A stretch of DNA of 43,024 bases from a virus (IMGVR_UViG_3300049982_000043:1-43024), one strand, 5' to 3'; positions 18,148-27,862 are shown, counted from the first letter of the stretch. Numbers and translations: made by a program. The notes: generated by a model from the letters alone, not told the origin.

Positions 18148-19311
18148 TCAGATTCCCATATTGTCCAGATGACCCATCAGGCGGTCAGTCGTCGACGCTT
18201 GGGTGTTTGCCTGACGCGTGCCCTGCATCATCTGACTCGATCGCGCCAATTGATTCTGCTGCACCCGCGGCGCCGCCGGAACGGACATGTTGTCGTACAT
18301 GAATTTGATCTGCCCGAACCATTGTTTCGGCTCGAAGGTCGAGATAAATTCATTCACCTTGGCAGGATCTTTGAAGTACTGCTGAATGCGCTGCAGCTTG
18401 GCCGGGTAGTCCGCCTCGTCCTTGCGCGTGACGAAGTACGCCGCCGCGGCTTGCTGCGCCGCGTCCAGCTGCTGCTGGAACTGCTGCATTTCCTGCTGGC
18501 TTTGCTGCTGCGATTGCTGGACCTGCTGGCGGGACTGTTCCTGGCGTTTGTATTTAGCGAGCTCCAACGCGCCGGCCCGGCTCATTTCCATCTGGTCGAC
18601 GGACTTCTTCAGTTCCGGGAAGTCGGCCAACGGATCCACGCCTGGCGCTTCAATGCCGAGCTGCTTGCAGATCAGTTCACGCTGCTGGTCCACCATCTCC
18701 AGCGCGGTGCGCAGCGATTTCTCGTCGCCGGTCTTCAGCAGCCGGCCGAACTCCAGCGTTTGCCCGAACTCTTCCGCTGTCATGCCGGTGGAGACGACCA
18801 TTTCCCGGAACTCGGTAATGTCGGCTTCGAGCTGGGTGGCTTTGCTCTCCGCTTCCTTCGCCTTGGCAAATACCTGCTTGATGCGCTCCTGGCCTCGCTC
18901 GGACTTGACGCCCATTTCCTTGATCAGGTCTTCGGCTTCCTGCTCGGCGGTCTTGGGCGTGCCGGGTTTTGCTTCCGGCTTGACTTCGGATTTGGGATCA
19001 GGCTTGGAGGTGTCGATCGGCTGCTCGCCGGCCTTCGGCAGGAATTTGCCATCCGGTCCGCGCGCCGCCGCGTTGGGATCGGGTTCGCTCAGCGAGTCCA
19101 GCAGCGCCTTCGTGCCCGCGCGCGGGTCCGGCTTCGGTTCCGCATTGTCTTTCTGCGTCTCGGATCCCGGCGCCGCCGTCGTGTCGCCGGTGTCGGTACC
19201 GGTGCCAGGATCGCCGACGCCCGCCGGCGGCAACTCGGTTGTGCCGGTGTTGGTGGTGGTGTCTGCCGATTCTTCGCCGGTCAGCTCGTTCATCATGTCC
19301 TCGCGTGCCAT
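18148..19311 (-). CDS. Capsid scaffolding/assembly protein
   Basis: 387 aa between portal and MCP; acidic disordered N-terminus with RGPDGKF motif; Gln-rich coiled coil. Confidence 0.7.
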   Translation of the reverse strand: MAREDMMNELTGEESADTTTNTGTTELPPAGVGDPGTGTDTGDTTAAPGSETQKDNAEPKPDPRAGTKALLDSLSEPDPNAAARGPDGKFLPKAGEQPIDTSKPDPKSEVKPEAKPGTPKTAEQEAEDLIKEMGVKSERGQERIKQVFAKAKEAESKATQLEADITEFREMVVSTGMTAEEFGQTLEFGRLLKTGDEKSLRTALEMVDQQRELICKQLGIEAPGVDPLADFPELKKSVDQMEMSRAGALELAKYKRQEQSRQQVQQSQQQSQQEMQQFQQQLDAAQQAAAAYFVTRKDEADYPAKLQRIQQYFKDPAKVNEFISTFEPKQWFGQIKFMYDNMSVPAAPRVQQNQLARSSQMMQGTRQANTQASTTDRLMGHLDNMGI

Positions 19312-19335
19312 GTCGTTATGCTCCTTGGTGGGTGA

Positions 19336-21282
19336 TTAAGCTGCTGCTTGCAATGCTGGTTGGCCGGCGCCTGGCATGGCGCCCGGCGCCGGCGGTGGTG
19401 GAAGTGCCGGCTTCTTCGGTATGAACTGTTCGACGTCCACCTTCTCGTCGAAGCGCACAACGGTTTCTTTCAGCAAGGCGATCAACGGGCCTGCATCCCC
19501 GCCGTTTCCCTGTATTTGCATGATTTGCACGATCAGCGGCTGAATGACCGGCATCAGCTTGATCCATGTTTCCTGCTGTTCCAGCTTGTCGGGCTCGCCT
19601 GTCGTGCCGGCGCGGATCTGCAGCTGCACCATGTCAAACACTTCTTCGCGGGAGAGCTCCGGCCAGTCGTATGCCGGCTCGATAATGCCGGTCAATGGCT
19701 CACCTGTGGCCGGGTCGGGAATCGGCATGCCGCCGGGCCCTGTGATCGGTCCCGTCTTGTGCGGGCCCATGATGCGTTCGACCTGCTGCGGCGTGAGCTC
19801 CTGCAGCAGGATCTGCGCTGAATACTGCGATATCTCCTGCAGGAAGTCTTCCACCTGGTCCCGGAACTCGGACACCCGGCCGGACAGCGATTGCTGCATG
19901 ATGCTGGCTTCGGTTGCTGTCTTGGCATTCACCACGCTCGAGCGCGCCGCGTCCTGCATGCCGGATACCTGTTCCCAGTCGTACCGCACTTTGCTGGTGT
20001 CGTAGACCTGTGGGTCCATCTGCGGGTGCTGCTTCGGCATGATCATTTGCTGGATCGGCTTACCCTCCGAATCCAAAATGGTGATCTCGCCCAGCACCGA
20101 GTCCTGGTATCGCTTGACGGTCTTTTCGTTGACGTCCGAACCCGCGACCCAGCCCGGTTTGATCAAGTCGCGATGCGCGTTTTCCTTGTCGCGGGTGTCG
20201 TTGTGCTCTTTCTGCAGGCGTTCGGTCAGGTCGACCAGGGAAGGGCCGATGACCTGGCCGTCGACCTGCTGGAACGGCAGCGCGAAGAACGGATACCAGC
20301 GCTCGCCCATCGTCTTGGGTGAGAAGGGCTCCTTGATCCAGAAGTCCAGGCCTTCGGCGGTGGTAAATACGCGCTGACTGCGCTTGTCCCAGATCTCCAG
20401 GATGCAAATCTGTGTGTCGGCCGTCGCCTGCGTAGCCCCGGAAAAGACTTTGCCGCCGGTTTCCCGATCGCCGTCCAGCTTGTACGCCGTGGCGCCGTCC
20501 AGCTTGTACCCGTAAATGCCTTCCGCAGTGGACTTGCGCATCGGGATGCAATGGATCATGAAGTCGCCATCGGGGTAATCATCGAACTCAGCGAGCTGAT
20601 CGTCGAGCAGTAGGTGCTCGGTCAGCACCCGATCAATGACCAGGCCTTCGGCGGCTGATACTTCGGTGTTTTCCTGCAGTCCCTTGAGCGTTTCTTCCAG
20701 CTCGGCCTTGGCCAGTTCCTGGTTGGCCCGCTCCTGCGGGTCTTCCAACTGCATCATCAGCGCTTCGACGCGCTGGATATTGTCCTGCGTGTCCTGGATC
20801 CGGCCCTTGATGATCGGATCGGTCTTGATGTCCCGTTGGTACATCACTTTCACAACCCCGAACGAGACGGTCAGCGCGGCCCGGACCGTCGCCTTTGCCC
20901 GCTTCTTCAGTTTGGCCGACTCCAGCTGGCGGTTCGTTACTTTCTCGATGGTCTTGCACAGCAGCTTGAGGTCGCGCCCTTCATGGTTTGCCGTGACCGA
21001 CATTTCGGGGTTGCGCGCGTAGATATTGGGCAGGATGGCGGTAATCGTGCCGTGGATCAGGTTTGCCCGGTGCACGTAGAATTCGGACGCGTCGGGATCG
21101 CCCCCCCAATTGAAACCCGCCACCAGCTTTCTATTGTGCCGGACGCGCTTATGGAATTTGTCCCAGCTCTTGCGGGCTTTCGCTACCCGGTCTTTCCATT
21201 CCTTGGCCAGGGCGTCCGTCTCCTGCGGGCGATCTTTTAGCACGGGCTTCTGTTCGTCTGGTGTCTGGTTTTCGATGTTCAT
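19336..21282 (-). CDS. Portal protein
   Basis: 648 aa directly after TerL; KTATEA motif typical of podovirus portals; Pro-rich tail. Confidence 0.85.
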   Translation of the reverse strand: MNIENQTPDEQKPVLKDRPQETDALAKEWKDRVAKARKSWDKFHKRVRHNRKLVAGFNWGGDPDASEFYVHRANLIHGTITAILPNIYARNPEMSVTANHEGRDLKLLCKTIEKVTNRQLESAKLKKRAKATVRAALTVSFGVVKVMYQRDIKTDPIIKGRIQDTQDNIQRVEALMMQLEDPQERANQELAKAELEETLKGLQENTEVSAAEGLVIDRVLTEHLLLDDQLAEFDDYPDGDFMIHCIPMRKSTAEGIYGYKLDGATAYKLDGDRETGGKVFSGATQATADTQICILEIWDKRSQRVFTTAEGLDFWIKEPFSPKTMGERWYPFFALPFQQVDGQVIGPSLVDLTERLQKEHNDTRDKENAHRDLIKPGWVAGSDVNEKTVKRYQDSVLGEITILDSEGKPIQQMIMPKQHPQMDPQVYDTSKVRYDWEQVSGMQDAARSSVVNAKTATEASIMQQSLSGRVSEFRDQVEDFLQEISQYSAQILLQELTPQQVERIMGPHKTGPITGPGGMPIPDPATGEPLTGIIEPAYDWPELSREEVFDMVQLQIRAGTTGEPDKLEQQETWIKLMPVIQPLIVQIMQIQGNGGDAGPLIALLKETVVRFDEKVDVEQFIPKKPALPPPPAPGAMPGAGQPALQAAA

Positions 21283-22679
21283 TGGGGTACGGGCAGGTAG
21301 TGGTTACCGGTTTCGTCTTTATATACGTCTTCCTGGTCCTCTCCGGACTTTTGTCCTTCATCCGGTGCGCGCCGGCGTCGCATCACGCCATACCTGGTTG
21401 CATCCCATGCGTGGTCTTCCGCGTCGGTGTCGACGTCCTCGAGTTTGATCGGGTCAGGCGGAATGCTCGGCACGGTGCGCAGCCAATGCTTGCAGCTGCT
21501 GAACACCTTCAGTTTATTTTCATCGAGCAGGCGGACGATTTCTTGCGCGCCGTTGATACGCGATCCCTTGGCGTTCCATGCTTCCTGCCAGCGCACGCCG
21601 CAATCCCTGAATATTTGCCCGATTGACCGATCGGCCCCGCTGTTCGAGAAAATGGACGGGTCAGCCAGGTTCATGCGGTATTCGTAACCCATCCGCTCGT
21701 CGCGTTCCTCGACCCGCTTGATCTTCTTCGCTACCTCAGCGGCAGTCTCCCTGGAACCGGTGCCTTCCTTCTCGCCGGCGCCGTACATCTCGCGCCACAA
21801 GTAAATGCAGCCGTCCGGGTCCATCGCGAACCAATACACGGCATACGGTGCCGCATAGCCCCAGTCCAACGATTTCCAAACCTTCCAGGAAGCGGGGATG
21901 GGAAACGGTTGAACCACATGCCGCTTCGGATCCCAGACCTTCTCAAGGAACGAACCAACGTGAATTTCCCAGTCGCCCTCAAGCCACGCTTTGCGCCGGT
22001 TCGGGTCTTTCAGTGATTCCAGCGTGGCGATGTATTCCGGGTCATTGGCCAGCAGGATCTTGTTTTCGTAGATGCTGGAATGGATGCGCACGCGCGGTTT
22101 GCCGTCGTCCCGGATCACCACGCCAGACGGCACGCCGCCATTCCCGAGCCGGAATCGCACCTTTACTGGACCGTGCCCGACGCCATATGGATTGCATGTG
22201 CCGCGCACCATCCGCGGCATGCCAGGGGACGACGAACGGCACGTTGAATGCATCGATTCATAAAATGACAGGCTTCGCCAGTTCGTTAACTCTTCAAAAC
22301 CGAGCCATGGATATTCGTGGCCGTGGTAGTTCCAATAGTCGTCTTCAGTGTGGCCGTAGCGAAAGTACAGCATCTCGCCCGTAGGCCACTTCCAGTAATA
22401 CTCAGATTCATTGAATTTGATGCCAGGGAAGATCTGGTAGAACCACCGCTTGGATTTGGCCACCACGTCGGCCAGCTGCGGGTAGCTCAAACGGAACAGG
22501 ACCCCGCGCCAGTTCTCACCGAATCCGCGGCCGCAGTACTGGGCGAACGACATCAGTAGTGTGTCGGTCTTGCCGCCGCCCCGCGTGCCCTCGAGTAATG
22601 CCTCGAATATCGGGCATGTCATCATCAGGACCTGGCTGCCCGGGAGTGGCTCCCATACCTTCTTAACCAGCGCTGCCAT
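21279..22679 (-). CDS. terL: Terminase large subunit
   Basis: GTRGGGKT Walker A, FEELT Walker B, TCNP coupling motif, LDWGY and EDHAWDATRY nuclease motifs. Confidence 0.93.
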   Translation of the reverse strand: MAALVKKVWEPLPGSQVLMMTCPIFEALLEGTRGGGKTDTLLMSFAQYCGRGFGENWRGVLFRLSYPQLADVVAKSKRWFYQIFPGIKFNESEYYWKWPTGEMLYFRYGHTEDDYWNYHGHEYPWLGFEELTNWRSLSFYESMHSTCRSSSPGMPRMVRGTCNPYGVGHGPVKVRFRLGNGGVPSGVVIRDDGKPRVRIHSSIYENKILLANDPEYIATLESLKDPNRRKAWLEGDWEIHVGSFLEKVWDPKRHVVQPFPIPASWKVWKSLDWGYAAPYAVYWFAMDPDGCIYLWREMYGAGEKEGTGSRETAAEVAKKIKRVEERDERMGYEYRMNLADPSIFSNSGADRSIGQIFRDCGVRWQEAWNAKGSRINGAQEIVRLLDENKLKVFSSCKHWLRTVPSIPPDPIKLEDVDTDAEDHAWDATRYGVMRRRRAPDEGQKSGEDQEDVYKDETGNHYLPVPQ

Positions 22680-23160
22680 TGCCCTTCGATGCTTGCGCTT
22701 CCCACGCCTCATCCGATGCGGCCGGCGCCGGAGCGACCAGCACGCCGGTTGCCGGGCCCAAGTCCTTGCCATCCTTACCGGTCAGTTCGCGCCGATTAGT
22801 GAAGCTGCCGCCCACTTCTTTCGATGCCTGCTCAAGGATCTGCAGCACCATGGCGATATTGCCGCGCGTTTCTGCTGTCGTGAGCGATCGCTGCAATACG
22901 CGCAATCGAACTGCCTGGTTGGCGATCGGGATTTCGCTGGTCGTTTCAAGGAATTTCTTCCGTGTTTCGGCGAAAAGATCCTTCCAGCGCTTCGATAGCC
23001 ACTTCGCGACGGCGTGTTCCGGGTGGTATGCCGACACCTGTTGACGGGTAACGACCAGGCCGAACTTCTCTTTGACAGCCTCAGCCACCTGCGACGGCGT
23101 GTCATAGCATGCAAGGGCTTGCACGATAAAGGATTTCACGTTGTCTTTGAGTGCCGCCAC
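22663..23160 (-). CDS. terS: Terminase small subunit (DUF2280-like)
   Basis: FIVQALACYDTPSQVA...ELTGKDG signature; upstream of and overlapping TerL. Confidence 0.8.
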   Translation of the reverse strand: MAALKDNVKSFIVQALACYDTPSQVAEAVKEKFGLVVTRQQVSAYHPEHAVAKWLSKRWKDLFAETRKKFLETTSEIPIANQAVRLRVLQRSLTTAETRGNIAMVLQILEQASKEVGGSFTNRRELTGKDGKDLGPATGVLVAPAPAASDEAWEAQASKGNGSAG

Positions 23161-23193
23161 AGCTTTTCAGTCGTCTAAGTCGGGTAAAAGCGT

Positions 23194-23457
23194 TCAGTCG
23201 ATGGAGTCGGTTACCGCGATCGCCACCGGCGGGTGCCCGCCACCGAACACGGTCAAGCGAATAGGCACGCCCGCGAGAATGTTGGCGATGTCCTGTTCAC
23301 TCGGTTGCCAGAACGACAAAAATACGTTGTTTTGCTGGTCGCGATGCACCGGCAATCCAATGCACTCGCCTTCCTGCTCTGGGTTCCAGTCCTTCGGCGC
23401 ACCAAGCATTGCGTTTGTGTGTTCGCTGCGGACCGGCATCATCACTTCGCTCATCAC
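23194..23457 (-). CDS. Hypothetical phage protein
   Basis: 87 aa, AGGAG SD; GAPKDW...C..LPV...SFWQP...HPPV pattern common in phages. Confidence 0.65.
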   Translation of the reverse strand: MMSEVMMPVRSEHTNAMLGAPKDWNPEQEGECIGLPVHRDQQNNVFLSFWQPSEQDIANILAGVPIRLTVFGGGHPPVAIAVTDSID

Positions 23458-23466
23458 TTTCTCCTG

Positions 23467-24111
23467 TTATGCGGCTTTCAACATGCAGGTACCGCAGGCC
23501 TGCGCTATGTTCACCAGGGCGACTTCCGGCCGCTGCTTTGCCGCCTGCACCAGCTGCGCTACGGCGCCTTCCGGCTGGCCAATGCCGTACCGACGGACCA
23601 CGCCGATGAACTCTTCCACGTCATGGCCGCGGATCCCGAGCTTGGGGAGGCCCTCCTGGGTGAATGCGGGCAGGCCGAACTCATCCCGCTTGTGCCCGAT
23701 GTGATACAGCTCATGCTCGACCAGCGCGCAAAACTCGGCGTCGGAGCAGAATGCGCAGAAATTCGCGTCCAGCGTGATCACGTACGCGGGCACGTCGCCG
23801 AACCATTCCCTCATCTGCTGTTCCTGCCGGCCCTTGGTCCACGCGCCACACCGGAATGTGATCTCTTCCGTCAGGCCGATGATGCGGCGCATCTGACGCT
23901 TGTATTCCTCGGCCGCCCACAGAAATTCCAGATGGGCGAATTCGAGGTGGCTGTGCTCCGGGTTGTAGAGCGGGCTGCCTTCGACCAGGATGTTCTCCTT
24001 TGCCCATTGCAGGACTTCCGGCGCCGGCAGGTATACAGGTTTGTCCTCGCCCATGCCTTCGGGGGGCATAGGGCGAGTCGGGATGGCCGGCTGCCCTGGT
24101 TTCTTCTTCAT
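23467..24111 (-). CDS. Putative phage metallopeptidase
   Basis: LVEHELYH (HExxH) and HDVEEF motifs; usual position upstream of TerS. Confidence 0.8.
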   Translation of the reverse strand: MKKKPGQPAIPTRPMPPEGMGEDKPVYLPAPEVLQWAKENILVEGSPLYNPEHSHLEFAHLEFLWAAEEYKRQMRRIIGLTEEITFRCGAWTKGRQEQQMREWFGDVPAYVITLDANFCAFCSDAEFCALVEHELYHIGHKRDEFGLPAFTQEGLPKLGIRGHDVEEFIGVVRRYGIGQPEGAVAQLVQAAKQRPEVALVNIAQACGTCMLKAA

Positions 24112-24332
24112 CACTTCATCCAGTCCCGCCGAAACCCGCGGTACCAGCTCCATGTATATAGAAGGGACAGCGCGAAAATCCCGTACTGCCCGGCTGTCCA
24201 CGTCACATAGAACCATGCTGGCTGCGCTGCCAGGCCAAACAGGCAGGCGAAACGACGTCGACGCGGATCAGTGTCATTTGCCAGCCATATGGCCGTCACG
24301 CCGCAAATGGCGATGATGATCTGCCCGATCAT
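24111..24332 (-). CDS. Small membrane protein
   Basis: 73 aa, three hydrophobic segments, QPAW motif; overlapping starts/stops with neighbours. Confidence 0.65.
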   Translation of the reverse strand: MIGQIIIAICGVTAIWLANDTDPRRRRFACLFGLAAQPAWFYVTWTAGQYGIFALSLLYTWSWYRGFRRDWMK

Positions 24333-24451
24333 GACCTGCCTTCACGCCAGAGCTGAGCCAACGCCATGCGGCTGCTCGGGTCCGCCTTGCGATCGCGCGC
24401 CGGCATGCCGTAGGCGTATGCCACAACCATCACGATCAGTTTCTTCTTCAT
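24329..24451 (-). CDS. Small hypothetical protein (40 aa, not in ORF track)
   Basis: MKKKLIVMVVAYAYG...EGRS*, G-rich SD, ATGA overlap with downstream gene. Confidence 0.5.
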   Translation of the reverse strand: MKKKLIVMVVAYAYGMPARDRKADPSSRMALAQLWREGRS

Positions 24452-24463
24452 TGAGTCCCCCGG

Positions 24464-24814
24464 TTAATGTTCGAACTTGCTGGGATAGGCCTCGCGCTCC
24501 TGCCGGATCCGCGCATACAACTCCATCATCGGCTGAGGCGGGACATAAACCTTCATGTCGCGGCGCGGTTCACTGAACGATGCTGGCGACTCGATCGGCG
24601 TATCCGCCGGCACGAAGAATTTCCGACGGCCGCTTACGACCTCCGTACGGATTTTCTTCGCCTTCACCTGGCGCTCGATCGCCTGGCGCATCTCCGCTTC
24701 CTCAACGTCGAAATGCTTTGCCAGCACGCTATTCGGGATCTGCTTGCCTGGGAGACTCTTCAAATACTTAACGACGTCGCGGTCCAAATTGGTAAATGCC
24801 TCACTGATTTTCAT
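24464..24814 (-). CDS. Winged-HTH-like protein (possible late regulator)
   Basis: 116 aa; NSVLAKHFDVEEAEMRQAIERQVKAKKI is HTH-like; AGAGGA SD; located before the late genes. Confidence 0.5.
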   Translation of the reverse strand: MKISEAFTNLDRDVVKYLKSLPGKQIPNSVLAKHFDVEEAEMRQAIERQVKAKKIRTEVVSGRRKFFVPADTPIESPASFSEPRRDMKVYVPPQPMMELYARIRQEREAYPSKFEH

Positions 24815-24874
24815 TTTTCTTCCTCTCTATAGAACAATACCGCCCGGCCGACCTATCGCCGGACATTTGGCCGG

Positions 24875-25102
24875 TCAGAACGGTGGTTCTTCCGGTTTCG
24901 TGTAATCGATCACGACCATGTTGTCGCAGCGCCTGGCGGTCTTTGCTTCCAGAACGACAAACGTCTGACCCGGATGCGCTCTTGCCAGCCGCGCGGCCTC
25001 GTAGGTGGCGCCGTCCTCGTTGTAATGCTTAAACTTCGGTGGCATGGCACCGGAGGGGCTCCACACCAGCCAAAAGCGTTGTTCGTTCTGCTCATTGCTC
25101 AT
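24875..25102 (-). CDS. Hypothetical phage protein
   Basis: FWLVWSP...A..EAARLA..HPG..F.VLE pattern; ATGA overlap. Confidence 0.65.
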   Translation of the reverse strand: MSNEQNEQRFWLVWSPSGAMPPKFKHYNEDGATYEAARLARAHPGQTFVVLEAKTARRCDNMVVIDYTKPEEPPF

Positions 25103-25560
25103 GCTGAAAATTCCTCGATCTTCCATCCGCCGCCGTTCTTCTTCGACAGCTTGATGCACTTGTAAAAACGGAACCACGGCAGGGCTTCAGCGCACAGCTT
25201 GATCTTTGTCTGCCCCTTTTCCGTGGTGTACTCGCCCTTTATTTCGTGGATGGCCAGCACCATGTCCGCATGCAGCACCAGAAAGTCGACCCGGTAGAAC
25301 GTGTCCTCGGCCAGTCGGACATTCATCGGGTGGAACCTCCAATCGAGAATTTCGCCCTTTGCCTTCTGCTCTTCCAGTCGCTCGGAATATGCCCGCTCGG
25401 TCTTGTTCATCGTCCCGCTGGGTATGCGGCCTAATGCCTGGAATCGCTTGGTCGCCTTGTGGGCGCGAAGGATTTTTTCTTCCTCGGGCGTCTTTGCCGG
25501 CGCAGCCCGCCGCGTGGCGTACGCGGCGAGCTGGCTTTCATCCCATCGAATGCCGGACAC
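25099..25560 (-). CDS. DUF1064-like PD-(D/E)xK endonuclease
   Basis: MNKTE..Y...L, YRVDF, HEIKG motifs. Confidence 0.7.
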   Translation of the reverse strand: MSGIRWDESQLAAYATRRAAPAKTPEEEKILRAHKATKRFQALGRIPSGTMNKTERAYSERLEEQKAKGEILDWRFHPMNVRLAEDTFYRVDFLVLHADMVLAIHEIKGEYTTEKGQTKIKLCAEALPWFRFYKCIKLSKKNGGGWKIEEFSA

Positions 25561-25562
25561 GC

Positions 25563-25790
25563 TTACCCCCTGCAGGCCGCTTTGTGGCGTACCTGGTTGC
25601 GCTTCTTCTGGGCCGCGCGCTTCTGCTGCGCTACGGTGCCACCCTTACGCTTTCCTGTTGCGCTCAGACGGACCAGGCTCGAACCCATGGTCGCGCTCGG
25701 CGCCAGCGTCTTCGACAGCAGTCTGGGCGCAGCTGCCACGGCCGAACCCAGCCCGGCAAACGCCATCCCCACCGCTGCCGCCAGCATCAT
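25563..25790 (-). CDS. Hypothetical protein, basic C-terminus
   Basis: VAQQKRAAQKKRNQ tail; upstream in-frame ATG (25808) is interrupted by TAA. Confidence 0.45.
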   Translation of the reverse strand: MMLAAAVGMAFAGLGSAVAAAPRLLSKTLAPSATMGSSLVRLSATGKRKGGTVAQQKRAAQKKRNQVRHKAACRG

Positions 25791-25857
25791 TCTTTATTTC
25801 CCGAACATCCTTCTCTCCCTTTGGTGTGTGGTGCGTTACTGCCCGAGCCGCCGGCGC

Positions 25858-26394
25858 TTAGACTGCTGCCAGCACCAGATCTGCGGCCAGCCGCTTGTCT
25901 TCATCCGTCGCGTCGTCAGCAACCTTAGCGACAACGGTCTTCGGAATGTATGGAAATGTCACTGGTACGTGGCTGTGGATTCCTGTAAATCGGCCGCCGC
26001 TCGGCTCTTCGAAGACCACACCGTCGATGTCGTAAGCGTTTCCGTCAGCATCACGGAATACGCGGCTGCACCGCCTGTTCTGCTGCGTGCCTTTCATGCA
26101 GTAGGCTTCGCCCCACTCCGAATCTGCGCCTGTCAGCGGCCCGAGTGGCTCGAATGCTGCAGCCTTCGCGAACAGCGATCGACAGAAGCTGGCACTGAAC
26201 CCGCTATGTCCCTGAGTGCTGAAGGTGCGCATCAAGGCCAGCAAGTCTTCTGCCATAGCGGCATTCATCTCATCCCCGTCGAAATAACCCATCGCCGCCA
26301 ATTCGGATTCGGTATGACGCACCAGGTTGCCGTCCCGGCCTTTCAGGATCTGCCATGCGAGCCGGATGCGGGCCTTGAGTTCTTTGATCTTCAT
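25858..26394 (-). CDS. Conserved hypothetical phage protein
   Basis: 178 aa, GGGAGA SD; QGHSGFSA...PLGPLTG..EW...QNRRCSRVF pattern. Confidence 0.7.
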   Translation of the reverse strand: MKIKELKARIRLAWQILKGRDGNLVRHTESELAAMGYFDGDEMNAAMAEDLLALMRTFSTQGHSGFSASFCRSLFAKAAAFEPLGPLTGADSEWGEAYCMKGTQQNRRCSRVFRDADGNAYDIDGVVFEEPSGGRFTGIHSHVPVTFPYIPKTVVAKVADDATDEDKRLAADLVLAAV

Positions 26395-26450
26395 CGTTTT
26401 CTCCCTTGTGGTTGCAATGCGCCCGGCTCACGGCCAGGCGCTGTTCTCGA

Positions 26451-26867
26451 TTACGCGACCGGGTTGTGTCCGGCAGGATTCGGCGCACCATTGGCAGGAT
26501 TCGGCCTGCGCGCGTCCGCTGCCAACTTGCTCCGCAGCTCGTAGCCCATCAGCGGCCAAACCTTTTGCACGGCGTTCTGCCGAGCGATCTTGCGGCCGAT
26601 CTCGGCATCGAAGTTCTCCGGGCTGGCGCATGCCGACTCGCCGGTGACGGTGAAGCCATTCTTCAGCACCAGCACGCAAAAGGTCAGCAGCTCAAGTTGC
26701 TTGTGGTAGCCGGTCAACTGCGTCATTGGCTCCAGCGCACCCATCGCGCCATCCTTGCCGGTGAAGTAGTAGCAGTCTTGGATATTCGCCTCGATGTCGG
26801 CCGGCGTGATGCGCGGCGCGGTCAGGCCCTTGATCTGGATTTCCTGCTCGATTGCTTGGTCACTCAT
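26451..26867 (-). CDS. Gp49/Sf6-gp66 family protein (possible Acb4-like cyclic-dinucleotide sponge)
   Basis: APRITPADIE...LTFCVLVLKNGFTVTGESACASPENFDAEIGRKIA...VWPLMGY is the family signature. Confidence 0.8.
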   Translation of the reverse strand: MSDQAIEQEIQIKGLTAPRITPADIEANIQDCYYFTGKDGAMGALEPMTQLTGYHKQLELLTFCVLVLKNGFTVTGESACASPENFDAEIGRKIARQNAVQKVWPLMGYELRSKLAADARRPNPANGAPNPAGHNPVA

Positions 26868-26935
26868 GGACTTCTCCCTGGTTGGTACTGCGTTGAAAAT
26901 CGTTGCAAATGCGCGCACGCGCGCGATGCGTGACG

Positions 26936-27298
26936 TCAGATGCAGAGCGCGTCCTGCACCATCCTCATGCGGCGGACCAACTCCGTGACCTGCTCGACCG
27001 CATCGATGACGCGCCGCTCGAGCTGGCACGATGCAATCTGCTCGGGCTGCGGCGTCTTTTCCGGGTTTGCCTTCGGGTCAAGAGCCGGATCCAGCCTCTT
27101 CGTAAGCTGCTCAAGCTCTGTGTGCGCAACGCCGATCAGCGAAGCGAGCCGATCAAGCTGAATCGAAACCGGCGGTTGTGGCGTTTGCGCCGATATTTGA
27201 TCCACCATTCCGGCACCGTGGGCCGATTGTTGCCTGTCCATCGCCATCGAAGCCAGGCTGCCCAGCCGAGTCGCCTGTTCGTATTCATACTTATCCAT
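26936..27298 (-). CDS. Hypothetical protein
   Basis: 120 aa, GGGAGA SD, coiled-coil-like. Confidence 0.6.
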   Translation of the reverse strand: MDKYEYEQATRLGSLASMAMDRQQSAHGAGMVDQISAQTPQPPVSIQLDRLASLIGVAHTELEQLTKRLDPALDPKANPEKTPQPEQIASCQLERRVIDAVEQVTELVRRMRMVQDALCI

Positions 27299-27374
27299 CG
27301 ATATCTCCCTTGGTTGTACTGCTACGCTAATAGCAGGTTGAGCTGCACCGGCGTGGCCGGCTTCTTCTCCTGCT

Positions 27375-27593
27375 TTAGAAAGGACGGTTGCCGAACAGCG
27401 AGCCGTAAAGGCGCTCGAAGCGATGAATCGGTTGCGCCAATATTTGAGATGGCGTGCTGTCTCTCATCGCCATGAGATTCGCGATCTGCCGGTTGTACTG
27501 CTCGATGCGCGCGTTGATCGTTTCTTCAACGGTCTGCTCGCGGGCTTCGGCGCATTGGTCTTTCATGAGGGTGTCTTTGGTATTCAAATTCAT
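27375..27593 (-). CDS. Hypothetical protein
   Basis: Start MNLNTKDTL after AAGGGAG SD; 72 aa. Confidence 0.55.
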   Translation of the reverse strand: MNLNTKDTLMKDQCAEAREQTVEETINARIEQYNRQIANLMAMRDSTPSQILAQPIHRFERLYGSLFGNRPF

Positions 27594-27616
27594 GAGTGAT
27601 GCTCCCTTGGTTGGTC

Positions 27617-27862
27617 CTACGCAAAAAACAGGTTCAGTTGCGCCGGCGACGCCGGTTTCTGCTCCTGCTGCTTCCCTGCCTTCTTCAGTTGGTGCGGTTG
27701 CAATGTCACCAGGTCTTTCGGTCCGCCACCCACGTAACGACATGTCACGCGGCTGAACGGGTCAAACTTGCTCGCTCCGGATAATTGCTTGACCACAATC
27801 GCGCGCCGGCCGGACGGAGTGATGACCTCCATCCCCTCGGGAAAATCTTCACGATCGAACAT
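27617..27862 (-). CDS. Hypothetical protein (SH3/KOW-like small beta domain)
   Basis: Start MFDREDF after GGGGAGG SD; FPEGMEVITPSGR; C-terminal QLNLF (beta-clamp-binding-like motif). Confidence 0.55.
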   Translation of the reverse strand: MFDREDFPEGMEVITPSGRRAIVVKQLSGASKFDPFSRVTCRYVGGGPKDLVTLQPHQLKKAGKQQEQKPASPAQLNLFFA

